The notes below the pieces were generated by a model that did no database searches, had not been told where the DNA came from, and saw only the letters and a list, made by a program, of their open reading frames with translations. Source: Chiloscyllium plagiosum (Eukaryota). From it: a stretch of 64,000 bases of DNA. The number at the start of each line of letters is the position of its first letter. Position 1 is the first letter of the stretch. Positions 12,883-25,250 of the stretch are shown one piece after another. Made by a program: the position numbers and the translations under genes. The DNA lies in NCBI RefSeq assembly GCF_004010195.1, contig NC_057718.1, positions 89,072,787 through 89,136,786 on the forward strand. Direction: 5' to 3'.

Positions 12883-13285
12883 ATCCCAGCACTAGAAATG
12901 GCATCGTTGGCACTTTTCTACCCATGATCTTCCAATATCATTAAACGATTTACCCACTTTACAGCAAGGTGCCAGCTATGGACATCTCTTCTGCCAATGA
13001 CCTGAAATTTGTGGGTCCTCTGATTCTTGACCCTCCTGCTAATAGGACACAGTTTTTTTCTATTTACTTGGCCCTGACCCCCTTGTGATTCTGAACACCT
13101 TTGTCAAGTCACCTCTTAACCTGTTCTGATTTTTTTTTCTCCATTTAATACTTCATTCCTAAAACCTACAATGCTGGACTTTTTACTTCTCTATTTTTCT
13201 GAGAACATTAACTAAATAAGCTCAACCTAAGAACCTTCATGCCGCAGGTGGCACCATAAGTGGCGACTTGTACACTTTTGAGTAG

Positions 13286-13492
13286 CCATGATGTGGAGGG
13301 ACCAATGTCGGACTGGGGTGGACAAAGTTAAATATCACACAACAACAGGTTATTGTCCAACAGGTTTATTTGGAAGTATTAACTTTCAGAAAGCTGCTTC
13401 TTCATCAGATCGCAGCTACATGACAAAAGAGCAGTGTTCTGAAAGTTAGTGATTCCAAATAAACCTGTTGGACTATAACCTGATTTTTAACG
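13286..13492. mobile_element. Inverted-repeat PLE-derived insert, family B, with degenerate hammerheads on both strands
   Basis: Arms caggttattgtccaacaggtttatttggaa / ttccaaataaacctgttggactataacctg; 9-bp TSD tttgagtag (13277-13285, 13493-13501). Confidence 0.75.
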
Positions 13493-15200
13493 TTTGAGTA
13501 GATGTGAATCATTGAATCCCTACAGCATGGAAACAGGCCCTTTGGCCCAACAAGTCCACACTGACCCTATTACTCTCCATTTCCCCTGACTAATGCACCT
13601 AACCTACGCATCCCTGGACACTATGGGCAATTTAGTGTGGTCAATTCACCTAACCTGCACATCTTTAGACTGTGGGAGGAAACCGGCGCATCCAAAGGAA
13701 GCCCACGCAGTCATGGGGACAATGTACAAACACACACAGTCGCCCGAGGCTGGAATTGAACCTCGGTCCCTGCACTGTGAGGCAGCAGTGCAAACCTCTG
13801 TGCCACCATATGTGGCAATACAGCTAATTCTAACTCGAACTCTCCTCCTAGGGGAATTGCTTCAGTTTCTCCAATTGGCTGTCGTGTTTTTCTCAATTAT
13901 ACCTCAAAAGTCTTTCCTCAGCAGATGACCAGAGGTCATGGACAGTCACTATATAAATGCATACCTTTGTTTACAATTCTATTATGTTATAATAATTTCC
14001 CTTGTCTTAATGGATGCGCTGACCTCCAAATTCATGTGTGCTCCCACTGAAGACAACAGAGTGAGAACTTTCACTGCAGGGATTCCCTGTCCTTCACCCC
14101 ACCTCCTTCAACAAAGCAGGCCGTGACTGGGCAGACAATTATCCTGCCCCAACGCATCCACCAGCAAAGCTCAGGGACTGAAGCGTTTTGTGTGTACAGT
14201 TCCGGTTGCCAACCTCCAAAAAGGATATAGCGGTATTGGAAAAGGGACCAGAAACGTTGACAAAGAATGGAGCAGAGAAAGCTACCAAGAAAGGCTGGAA
14301 CTTTACCACTGGAAAAGCGAAGGCCAAAGAGTAGTCTGATTAAAGTTATGGATGGGTTTCATAGGGCAGACAACGATGCACTGTTTTCACTTGGGGGTAT
14401 TTCAGAACTCAACAACATAGATAATAAGATAGTCACTGATAAATCCAACAGGGAATTCAGGAGAAATGTCTTAGCAAAGAATGATTTGAATGCGGAGCGA
14501 TGTTCTTACTCAATGGAACATAGCCTAGAATCAGTTAAGGAACAACTAGACACATATGTGGGGAACAAAGGACTAGAAGGAGATGAAATAGAGCAGGATG
14601 AGCCTTGTGTGGATTATAAACTTCAGCACAGTTTGCTAAGCAATCTGTTTCTGTGCTGTAAAGTGTAATGTCAGTTTGATCAACCTGATTTGACCATATT
14701 TCGACCGACCTCTGGGGATAGGTACGATTTGAACCTGGACTTTCTGGCCAGAGATAGGGGCACTACCTCTGTACTGCGAAAGCCCTTTGCAACTGTGTGC
14801 TCTTTATTATTCATTCAAGGTCATTTAGTCACAAAGAATTAAGGGCTATGGGGACAATGCGGGTAAGTGGAGTTGAAATGCCCATCAGCCATGATTGAAT
14901 GGCGGAGTGGACTCGATGGGCCGAATGGCCTTACTTCCACTCCTATGTCTTATGGTCTTAAGGTATTGCTGGTAAGGCTAGTGTCACCTCTTGTTGCCTG
15001 GAGGAGGTGATGGTGAACTACCTTCTCAAACCACTGTACGCCAACATCCACAGGTCTGTCAGATAGGGAGATCTAGGGTCCTGATCTTGTAACCCTGGGA
15101 GAGCATTAATATGTTCCCAAGCTGGAGATGGTGTGTTTGACTTGGAGGGGAACTGGAAGGTGGTGATGTTACTATATGACTGCTGCCTTTGTTCTTCTAG

Positions 15201-15290
15201 GTCCGAAGTCACAAGACACCAGGATATAGTCCAACAGGTTTATTTGAAATCACCAGCTTTTGGAGCGCTGCTCCTTCTTCAGGTGAAGAG
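15201..15290 (-). mobile_element. Family B PLE-derived half element
   Basis: Reverse complement tcac-CTGAAGA-A-GGAGC-agc-GCTCC-aAAA-GC-tg-gtga: stem I ucac/guga and stem II present, core mutated. Confidence 0.7.
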
Positions 15291-15427
15291 TTCCTTCTGG
15301 TGGTAGAGATCACAGGTTTGTGAGGTGCTTTCAGCAATATCCAGCAGCAACTGACTAGCAAAGGAATAGAGAATGAAAGGTGACATTTTCCCAGCTTCTC
15401 ATAAAGTCAGCATGAAGTCAATGAAAT

Positions 15428-15650
15428 AAAAGCACGGAATGCTGGAGAAACTCAGCAGGTCTGGCAGTATCTGTGGAGAGAGTTAATGCTTTGAGTTCCA
15501 TAGAGCTCTTCTTCAGTTTCATGAAATCTCAATTCTGGAGAAGAGTCATATTCGACTTGAAGTATTCATTCTGTTTTTCTCTCCACAGAAACTACCGGAC
15601 TTTGGGAGTATTTAAGTACTTGCACACTTTTGTTTCAGATTTCCAGCGTA
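15428..15650. mobile_element. Inverted-repeat PLE-derived insert, family C (older)
   Basis: gctggagaaactcagcaggtctggcag...gagttaa arm followed by its degenerate reverse complement. Related copies at about 15985-16085(+), 17748-17835(-), 39145-39240(-), 41315-41440(+), 46420-46620 (both arms). Confidence 0.7.
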
Positions 15651-16190
15651 GAATCATAGAATCTGTGCGGTGCAGAAAGAGCCCATTTGGCCCATTGAGT
15701 CCGTACCAACCATCTGAAGAGCATAACTGTTAGCCGAATGCTATGCAAATAAGTCTCGGAGACCGAAGGAAGATTGAATGGTTTGTCAGTAACTGAGGAT
15801 CATCTGAGTCCAGATTTGGAAAACAATAATCGCTTGATTTCAAAACACTAATATCCCTGCTAGTTATTGGTAATGGCTTTACATGTAAGTGTTAGCTTGG
15901 ATGATGAGGAGATGGACATTCTGAACGGTGAAAGGGCATCTGCAGAGGTTGTGACTGAACTGGAGGTTATTTCCTTCCTGTCAATTGGACTCAAAACATT
16001 GGCTCTGCTTTTCTCTCTGCAGACCTGCTGAGTTCCTCCAGCATTTTGTTTGTATTTCAGATTTCCAGCATCCTTGCTTTCATTTTAACACGGAATCCTC
16101 AATGTCCCATTATCCCGGAAAGTACTAGTTGTGATTTCGCAACTCAAAAAGCTGAGCTCAGAGAGTTTGAGAAGAGATAGAGTTTATCTT

Positions 16191-16194
<4 letters not shown>

Positions 16195-16221
<27 letters not shown>
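16195..16221. repeat. (CT)n microsatellite
   Basis: Directly visible dinucleotide run. Confidence 0.95.
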
Positions 16222-16549
16222 CAGGCAAGGCATGCTTGTAGAAATTGTGAGTTTGAAACAGTCAAAAAAGTTTTATCATCCTCAGTAAACATTGATCAAC
16301 GACTTGATCATTGAGTTCAAGGTCGTTCCTTGTCAAAAGATAAATTGCATTATGTTTGATGCTGTTAGTGCATGGTAAGAATTAAATTACATGGTGGTCT
16401 GTTTTGTCGTGAATTTCATGGTAAATTAACAAGTTGGCTGGTGTGCATTTGTTCTCATCTCTGAAGAGTGCTCATTATCCCACCTTCTGGAACATAAGGG
16501 AAATGCCAGTGAAGTAATAGTATGGAGTACAGTTCATACAAGAGAAACC

Positions 16550-16715
16550 AAACTTGCATTTCTGTTGCTTTCCGTGATGGCTGAATATCTCAAAGTGCTT
16601 TCCAGCCAACGTATACCTTTCAAAGTGTAACCCTTGCTGTAACGTAGGAAACATTGCAGCCAATTTGTGCACAGCAAGCTCCCAGAAGCAACAGCGGAAA
16701 TGAGCAGATCATGTA
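16550..16715 (-). mobile_element. Deu-domain SINE remnant (SacSINE1/AmnSINE1-like; representative copy)
   Basis: Reverse complement gggagcttgctgtgcacaaattggctgc...tttcctac.ttaca...aaagcactttg.gat...aaatgcaagt. Related copies at about 11940-12080(+), 17860-18070(-), 23860-24170(+), 29640-29830(-), 38050-38330(-), 44750-45240(-), 53130-53430(-). Family name is from memory of the motif. Confidence 0.6.
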
Positions 16716-18354
16716 TTTCTTCTGCTTTGGCGCCTCTACACACTAACATTTGTATTCAGCCTACTTTTTTTTTAACTTTATGAATTTGGCTAGCAACGTA
16801 ACAGTGAGCAGAGAGTCAGCTTTTTGTTTTGTGTGACGTCGATCAGGGAATAGGTGTTAGCCACAATGTCAGGGTTAACTCTGCCAACTCTTGGAAACAG
16901 TAATATGAGGATTCTTTTACGTCTATCCGAGAGGGAGTTGTTTCAGTATTTCATCCAGGGACCGGCTGCACCAGCAAGGCCCACCCTCAGTACAGCTCTA
17001 GTGGGGCAATCAAGATGCCTGCTGATTTGCAAATCCCTCTCCTTCACCACCCTTCCCACCCCCAAACTCCATGACATCTCTGCGAATGAACCTCCTGTTC
17101 CTTGCAGCCGTGGGGCAGGAGTGAGTAAGCAGCAAGGGAGCGAGGCTTAGGGTGGGGATTGTGGGGGGAGTCAGAGGCTCAAGGCTATGAGGAAAGAGAG
17201 TGACTGCGAATCAGAGGTTGAAGGAGAGGGAGATAGATCAATGGAGCTGGAGAATGAGGGGATGAAGGAGAGGAATGGATGGGAGTTGAAGAGTGAGGAA
17301 TGGCAATTGGGAGTGAGGAGTTTGGATCATGGTGCGAAGGGGTGAGAGGTAGATTGGGGAAGGGGGCAGATATGGGGACCAGCATTCCCAACAGAGCTAG
17401 GAGTAACTTAAAGATGTTGAATGAGGGCAGCACTGAGAGAGAGGAAGAGCCAGCAAAAGGAGAGAGTGAAAGCTGGGGACCTTACTTAGTTTCCACTGAT
17501 GAGAGAATGACAAGCCAGACAATGGAGACCAATGGGAATGGGAAACAGAAGATTCTTGACCTGTATGGAAGTAGAGGCTAGAACATCACTGAAAGGCAAT
17601 GGGATAACTATCTGAACCGGAGAGATATAAAAGCTCTTGGAGATCTGAGAGCACCAACACCACCAAATGGCCTTCTCTTGCTGGAAGTTCGACCATTTCC
17701 ATGGAAACTTACCTTTATTAAAACTGAGCATGAGGAATGGTTTAGAAATAAAAACAGCAAGTGCTGGAGAAACTCAGCAGGTCTGACAGTGAGAGAGAAA
17801 GTTAATGTTTCAAGGCCTAGATGACTCTAATTTGGAATGTTTCTTCAGGTTTCTGAAGCAGTGGCATATTGGAATCGTACCTACAGCCGCTGAAGTAATT
17901 TTGATGCTGCAGTCCCTGTGGTAATGAAGGCAGTGCTTGGTGAACGATTTGTGCACAGCACGATCCCACAAACTAAATAATCAGATAATCCAGCTTTGTT
18001 GGCTTTGGTGAGGTGTGCTTTTCATTTTTAAACATGAGAGGTTGCTTATTTCTCCAAATAAAAAAGAATTATTACAAGTTCTGATTGCCGTACTTCCCGA
18101 TTTCCATTGAGAGAGTTTGTTCTGTGGGATTTTTTTGTTAGCTCTTAGTGGATCAGATCTAGCCAATCACATCGAGCCTAAGGTAGTTTAATAGCTATTA
18201 CTTACTTATTCAAGGAGTTGCCAAGCTTCTTAATCAAGTTCTGAAGAGCAGAAAATTCCAGGAACATGAAGTAATTTCTTCAAGGTTAATTAACTCCAAC
18301 AGGATTCTGAGAGACTGCTTTCCAGATCTCCAGGATTTTAAGGAAAGTAACACA

Positions 18355-18810
18355 GAAACAGAAAATAGGTGCAGGAGTAGATCATCCGGCCCTTCGAGTC
18401 TGCTCCACCAATCAGTAGGATCATGCTGATCATCCACATCAGTGCTGCCTTCTCCCTGTCCCCTTTAATCCCTTTATCCTTAAGAGGAATATCTAACTCC
18501 TTCTTGAAAACATTCAATGTTTTGGCCTCTACCTCTTCCTGTGGCAGAGCATTCCACAGGCTCCCCACTGAAGCTGTTCACCCAGAAGGTGGTGGGAATC
18601 TGGAACTCTCTGGAAGGAGCCTTCATTTAAGAGATATTTAAAACCTACATTTAAGAAGTATTTAGATGTGCACTTGTGATGCCAAGGCAGACAAGGCTGT
18701 GGGTCAAGTGCGGGAAAGTGGGATTAGAATAGTGAGGCGGTTGTTGGTGACCAGCACAGATATGATGGGAAGAAGGGCCTTTTTCTGTGCTGTAGACCCT
18801 TATGAGTCTT
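18355..18810. mobile_element. Two CR1 3' fragments joined head-to-head (minus 18355-18570, plus 18577-18810)
   Basis: Minus part reads SLWNALPQEEVEAKTLNVFKKELD; plus part starts ttcacccagaaggtggtgggaatctggaactc and ends in a CR1-type tail. Confidence 0.7.
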
Positions 18811-21800
18811 TGGATGAAGGAATTGAAAATACATGACCCCTCCAGCCTAAAGTTTCTGGATCAGTGTGTATGACCCAGGACTGCAACCATGACAGGGTAT
18901 ATTCTGGTTCTCCTGCTTGGCTCTACTCCTCCCCACCCTCCCCCCCTCCCTGCCCCCCAAACCCATCAACAACATCATCCCAAATAAACACACAAAGTAC
19001 TGGAAGCGCTCAGCGGGCCAGACAACAATTACACAGAAAGAGAGAAAAGCAGACTCTCTGTTCTGGAAGAAGGTCTTTAATTGGAACTGGAAGATGCTAG
19101 AGGGGAATAGATGTGCTCAGAGTCACCTCTGGTTAGAGATAGTCCTGGAGATATTATCACATGACTTGCTCCCTCCCCTTCCTCCCACAATGCACCACTT
19201 CCACATTCCTCCTCTTGGTTGTTTAACCTGTTCATATTAGTAAAGTGCCACCTTCCCACTGTAGTTGAGTGAATATCAATCACAAATCCCTCTTGTCACC
19301 ACGTCCCCAAAATTTTTATATCCAATAAACAAAATCCTTAGGAGAGGAAAGAACTCTTCAAAGGCCGGTATCCCATCACCAATCATCCTTTATTCACAAA
19401 TGCATAGTCTTTGACAGTAGCACTAACTCTCACTTTGTCAGGCACTCAGGGGTCAATGTCCCAGCCATTCAGACTTTCATGTCAGCTAGAGCTCCCTGAT
19501 TGGACCAGATTAACAGGCCCACTCAGGGAACCCATATCCTATGAGGTCCAGCTTGGTAATCTTGTTACAATCACAACAGGAGAATTTTCTACAAAGCAAA
19601 ACACACAATTGTCCCCTTTTTCTCCCACGTCTTGGTCACACAGTGCCCTGCAGATGGGTCTGGAATTCCAGACCAATTTCAGCAGTTCCGGAGGGTTCAG
19701 AGGGAGAAGGATGGGAAGGGCAGGAGTGGAGTCACCTGCAATTCTCAGTGAGAAGATCAAGAAAGGTTTGGAGCTAGAGGGAGGGTTCCGGGTGGAATGG
19801 GAATACTAAAATCGGGAGAAGTGAGAGGGGCAGGGGGTCTGCATGTGGGGTGTGGGTCCTCATACCATATATGGTACTGTCACACAGTAGCTTCCCCAGG
19901 GGCATCTCCATTGGGTGGGAGTGTGAGAGGCGGGTAAATACATGGGGCCATCTGGCCTAATCCACACAGAGACAGATTTTCGATCCATCCGGCTCCTTAT
20001 TTTCCCAGTTTCCTGATGGCAGTCAGTCTCTCTCTCTCACATGTGGCATTGTGAATCCTACCACTCCGCACATGTAGCCAGTTGAGGCGAGATCTAACTG
20101 AGATGTTTACATAATTTAAATAAGGTACATACGGAGAAATAATCGCTTCTGAGGGGGCATTCAGAATAAGGGCGTGAGTGGCATAAGCATTAGACCCATC
20201 CAGGGAGAAATTAGGAAGGATTTTTTTCCACACAAAAGATAGCAACAATCCTCAGCCCAGATGTTGGGGATCAGTTGCAACATTCAAGATTGAAGTGAAT
20301 GTATTATCGTTGGGTAGAGTTCTCAAGGAGCGCAAATGGATTTGAGGTACAGATCAGCCATGATCTATTGAGCAGAGTAGGTTTGAGGAGCTGAACAGCT
20401 TCCTCTGCACCAATACCTCTTGTTAAATTTCCATATCTGAGGTAAAAATGGGCTGGAATTGAAGGTAAATCATTCCCCCTTCACCTTCTCGAATATCATC
20501 AACTCTGAGCTTCCAAAAGGGCGGGAGTTTCTAATCTTATCACACCTTGGGATGTGATACAACGAGCACAAAAGCTGCAGTTCAGCTGGAGCACTTTGCT
20601 CACCTGTATCATAACGACTCTCAGTTCTGGCCAAAATCGTCTCTCGGCTTGGTTTGAGCGTATGACGATCCTTATCAAATCGCCGGAGTTTTTCAGTCAT
20701 TTCTCAGGCCAGAATCTTCCCAGTCCCTGAGTGATGGGGGCTACGGAGAGAAGTGAGGGAGAATCAGGTGAGAATCTAGCGAGGCCTTTCACAATGTTTG
20801 AGCAACAGCTTTTCCAGCTAAATTCCAGATCTCAAAACAAGATTCTTACTCCTGAGCGGCAAGAGGCCTATTAACGGGCGTTATCACTCACTATCACCAT
20901 CATTACGACCTAATCTTAATATTCAGTCTTCTATTCTATCACTGTTGGGCAGAAATGAGAGTGAGAATTCCCAACATGGACATCGGAGTGGGTACTTGGC
21001 GAGCCTAGCCCCTGCTTACTCCCCCAGACCTCTATCTTGGACACCCAGCACCAATGTCTTGAGACACATGCTATGGGCATTGCTGCACACAGCCCACCTC
21101 ATGTACACTGAGATCTGACACAGTCCAACATCTCTGACCATCACAACCCAGCTCCCATCCTCAGGGCTGCATTGTAATGCTGCACTTGGGAACTCACAAA
21201 ACACCAAGTTGAGTGTTGGACAGTTTGCACTCTAGGGACAGGTTCCCACCTCAAGGATTGGACCAGGATGTATCACAGGGCAGTTTTGGTGCCTACCTTG
21301 ATGCAAGCAGCAAACTCTGTGTTATAGCTGAATTCTACCCTTCATTTCCTCTTAGACCAGGTGATACTCAGGTTTCTTTTTATAAGCTTACTCATGCATG
21401 CATGGAAGACATATGCATCAAGAAAATGGCACACAATTCCTATCTTCATCAGAACAACTCAGGTTTTATACTGCTCTTACAGATAAGATGCTTCCACTCT
21501 ACTGTTACGAATTCCAATTAAAGCCTTGCACACTTTTTTACTTTTGTCTTCGTCCAAACCAACTCCACGTTCCAAAGCAATCGTGACTATATTATCCATT
21601 CATGTTCGAACTCATACACACATGACTGGATTACCCAATCATAGTAGAACTAATACACGTGATTGTACTATCCAACCATATCATGACATGGTCAAACTTC
21701 ACACTATTAATATGGACTTGTTACAGGACACTAAAGTGGCTTGTTTGTCCCCGTCCCATCATTCCCTCCTATTGCATGTACTGCCTGGAGCCTCTTTCAC

Positions 21801-24265
21801 TTGCTTCGCCACCTCCAACCCCCCAAACCCCACCTCAGCCAGAGCTAACAAACACAAAGTACTCCTGTCTTACCTTGCCTTTTAGCACTGACTCAAAGCA
21901 ATGATCAGCCAAGAGGGTGAACGTGTTGCTGTATGGCCCCACACTATGTCAATCTCGTACCTGCGTCCATGGCAACAGCTGTTGAAGCTAATGCACTGCA
22001 TGTGCGTCAATCGAATGGCCATGTCTTAAAGTTGAAGGGGTGTAGTCCCCAGTCAAGTCAAGAGAAGCAGCTTGCAGCCAGGAATTCTGGGCTCGGTCAG
22101 TAAAGGACAACATCCAATATCCGTCCAGGGACTTGGACACAGCTAGTCACCCACTCAGAGCAGATACGGTCCGGATCCTCTCTTTATATGAGGTAATGAA
22201 TAAAACCCCATGACCCGTCCTGACCCTTTCTGCCCTGTTGTAGGCTGGAATGATGGAGTGGGGAGGATGGAATGAGATGAAGGTTGTCAACGCTGGTGAA
22301 GGTAGGGGAAAGATGGTGAGGGGTCCTGCATGCATAGAGTAGACAGCATAGAGGCCAAGCAATGTTAATGGTGTGGGGATGTTAGCTGGACAAGGGAAGA
22401 TATTGTATGTCATAGCGAGAGTGATAGAACATGAGCCTTGGTGGGAGGTGAGTGCAGTCGCAAAGAGAGAGAGAGGTATTGGAGATGGTACTTTTGCCAG
22501 TGGAGTGGAGAAGGACATTGACCTTCATCCTCTGCTGGGCAATCCCCCGGACGGCTGAGATCTCACTGACACAGGTGACAACATTGGGCCATAGGGTGGC
22601 ATGGTGGCCCAGTGGTTAGCACTGTTGCCTCACTTCACCAGGGTTCGATTCCCTTCTCAGGCGACTGTCTGTGTGGAGTTTGCCCATTCTCCCAATGTCT
22701 GAGTGGGTTTCCTCCAGGTGCTCCGGTTTCCACCCACAGTCCAAAGACGTGAAAGTTATGTGCATTAGTCTGAGGTAAGTGTAGAGTAGTAGGGAATGGG
22801 TCTGGGGGGATTTACTCTTCAGAGGGTCAGTGTCGACTTGTTGGGCTGAAGGGCCTGATCCACACTGTAGGGATTCTATGATTTCTAGGTAAAGCCTGGT
22901 GTCATCACCACTACGGCTAACTTGGGAGGTGATGGGCTGGGAGAAGATGTCCACCCCGTTCCCTGGGACCTCTAGGTCCCTTTCTGCACAGTGAAGTGTC
23001 AATATTCCTTTATCTGCTGTATCTGAGGCAAATATCATGAAATGTGCTGCCCAGCTGTGATCTACTAGCACTTGACTGAGTGCCTTTTAACGATGGCATT
23101 GGCAACAGGGACCAGACCGGGTAAGGAGGCTACATTTTCTTCCCTCAAGAATATCAGTAAAACCAATCGGTGTTGACTTCATGGTCACCATCATAGAGAC
23201 TAGTTTCAATTCCAGGCATATCACAGCAGCGGTAAGTTCTTTCAGCTACGGTGAGTGAGAGGGTCGGGCAGGAATTCGATGTGAAGGGAGCCAATGGGAT
23301 GTGGTATGCTAATAACATGAGTTTGGGATGTGAGGAAACCTCTCTGAGCCTCACAGACAGAAACCCTCCCCGACATTTTGTCTAAATGTGGTGAGATTCA
23401 GTCTTTGGTTTCTCCCCTACCTGCAGTTTTCTGCCTTGTGGATCGAAGTCACGTTTAGTGCAGAGCAGAAGGGAGTATTGAGAGAGAGAATGTTTAACAG
23501 GAAGGCCAAGCAGAAGCATCTATCTCCATCTCCAATCTTCTAATCTTACAAAAGATTGTAACCTAGTGGTGATGTCTCGTACCTTGGAGACATGGTTTCA
23601 AATCCCACCATGGCAGCTGGTTCAAGTTCACTTCAATAAAAATCTAGAATTGAAACTAGTCTCTACGGTAGTGGCCATGAATTCAATGCTGATTGGTGTA
23701 AAATCCCATCTGTTTCATGTGATTGGCTGCCCAAAGAAATGACTTTGCCAGCCAAGGGCAATGAGGTCTAGACACCAAATACCGACCCTACCAGACATGC
23801 CCACATCCCTGGAAAGAATAAATGAAACAAACACAAGTCTGTGACCCCACACATAATGGAGGATTCCTCTCCAGCAAGGAGAGAGGGCCACACTGTCAGG
23901 GGAGCTGTCTATTAGATGTAACGTTAAACAAAGGGCTTTTGTATCCTTGAGAGAGGAATCAGAAAGAATTCTGAGGCACCACTCCACAAAGAGCAGGGTG
24001 GTTCTCCCCATTCTCCAGGGCAATGCGTTTGCCTCAAATAATGCCAAAAAATAGGACATCCAGTCATTATCACGTTGCTGTTAATGTGATCTTGCTGTGC
24101 AAGAATCAGCAGCTTTTTTATTACCTTATGAGTATTCTATGAAGTATTTATTGTCAGTAAAATTAGGTCATCAAATGGAGATCTTTCTCCCTGCCCTTCA
24201 CGAGATCTTTTGAACCCTTCCTGTTTTCTCATTGAGTTCAAGTATGTTATTTTAACAATAAACTC

Positions 24266-24386
24266 TGTCAAAGTAGTCCTGCCTCTGAGCCTATGACTAA
24301 TGTGCTCTTTCTATGTTCCCTAATAAAGATCGTCAAGTGCTTCATTAAATCCAGGTTCAGAAATTGCACAAGAGGAACTAACTTTG
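24266..24386 (+). repeat. ~120-bp direct repeat, copy 1 (ends ~57 nt upstream of the exon)
   Basis: tgtcaaagtagtcctgc...gaaattgcacaagaggaacta.ctttg; manual alignment to 24996-25115 gives about 15 differences in 121 positions. Confidence 0.95.
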
Positions 24387-24443
24387 TCTCCTTGAAGTCA
24401 CTTAAACAGTTTGACTGTTACCTTTCTCCTCTCGCATTGCCAG

Positions 24444-24770
24444 GTATCCGTAAAGACCGTCGGGGTGGCCGGATGTTAAAGCACAAGCGGAGGAAAGATG
24501 AGAAGGAGCACGTCATTAAGAGTACGGGAGTGACCAGCAGACCGAGCTCCAGCAGCGTGAGCCCAGTGCAGAGGAGCACCAAGCACAGCTCTCTGCTTGG
24601 CATGACCTCGGACGAGATTCTCAGTACCCTGATGGAGGCCGAGCCCCCTATGGTTTACTCCGAACACGACCCCGGCAAACCCTTCACCGAGGCGTCCATG
24701 ATGACTTTGCTAACAAACCTGGCTGATAAGGAATTGGTGCACATGATCATTTGGGCTAAGAAGGTTCCAG
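24444..24770 (+). CDS. esr1: Internal coding exon of estrogen receptor alpha (hinge + LBD helices 1-3; equivalent to human ESR1 coding exon 4)
   Basis: Translates as (G)[22 protein letters not shown]...[47 protein letters not shown](G), matching ER-alpha [16 protein letters not shown]...[45 protein letters not shown]. Pyrimidine tract + CAG acceptor at 24441-24443; GT donor (CCAG|gtagga) at 24771; 327 nt, phase 1-1, same boundaries as the vertebrate exon. The [14 protein letters not shown] hinge is alpha-type rather than beta-type. Confidence 0.93.
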
Positions 24771-24894
24771 GTAGGAACGTGGAGCTTTACTAATCTCCGA
24801 GTACCATGCGGTTTTGTAACTCGCGATGATTACGGCCCAAGCACAACGCATGAGTCTACACAGATGCAGAGCTGACAGTATTGGCTGTGTCAGA

Positions 24895-25250
24895 CCAGCA
24901 TTGAAGAGTGTGGTGCTGGAAAAGCACAGCCGGTGAGGCAGCATCTGAAGAGCAGGAGAGTCAACGTTTCGAGTTCTTCATCAGGATGTTGTCTTTGTCA
25001 AAGTAGTCCTGCTACCAAGCCTATGACTAACGTGGACTTTCTATGCTCCCAAATAAAGATTGTCAGTGCTTCATTAAAACCAGTTTTAGAAATTGCACAA
25101 GAGGAACTATCTTTGCTCTTCATTCCTGATGAAGAGCTTATGCTTGAAACAGCGATTCTCCTGCTCCTCGGATGCTGCCTGACCCTCTGTGCTTTTCCAG
25201 CACCACACTCTTCGACTCTGATCTCCAGATCTGCAGCCCTCACTTTCTCC
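24895..25250. mobile_element. Family A inverted-repeat PLE insert whose spacer contains direct-repeat copy 2 (24996-25115)
   Basis: Minus arm 24905-24987 ending cttcatcaggat; plus arm 25122-25250 starting attcctgatgaag; possible 8-bp TSD gtgtcaga (24887-24894, 25253-25260). Confidence 0.85.

Noticed and set aside
21000..21520. Possible Harbinger transposase remnant (also Myb-like hints at 33400-33560)
   Set aside because: No catalytic DDE motifs or terminal inverted repeats could be identified with confidence.
24441..24450. CAG|GTATCC as a recursive splice site
   Set aside because: The GT is explained by the split Gly codon, and GTATCC is a poor donor match.
24293..24793. 166-aa ORF as a complete single-exon protein
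   Set aside because: Only 24444-24770 is receptor-like and it is bounded by canonical splice sites; the remainder is intron read-through.
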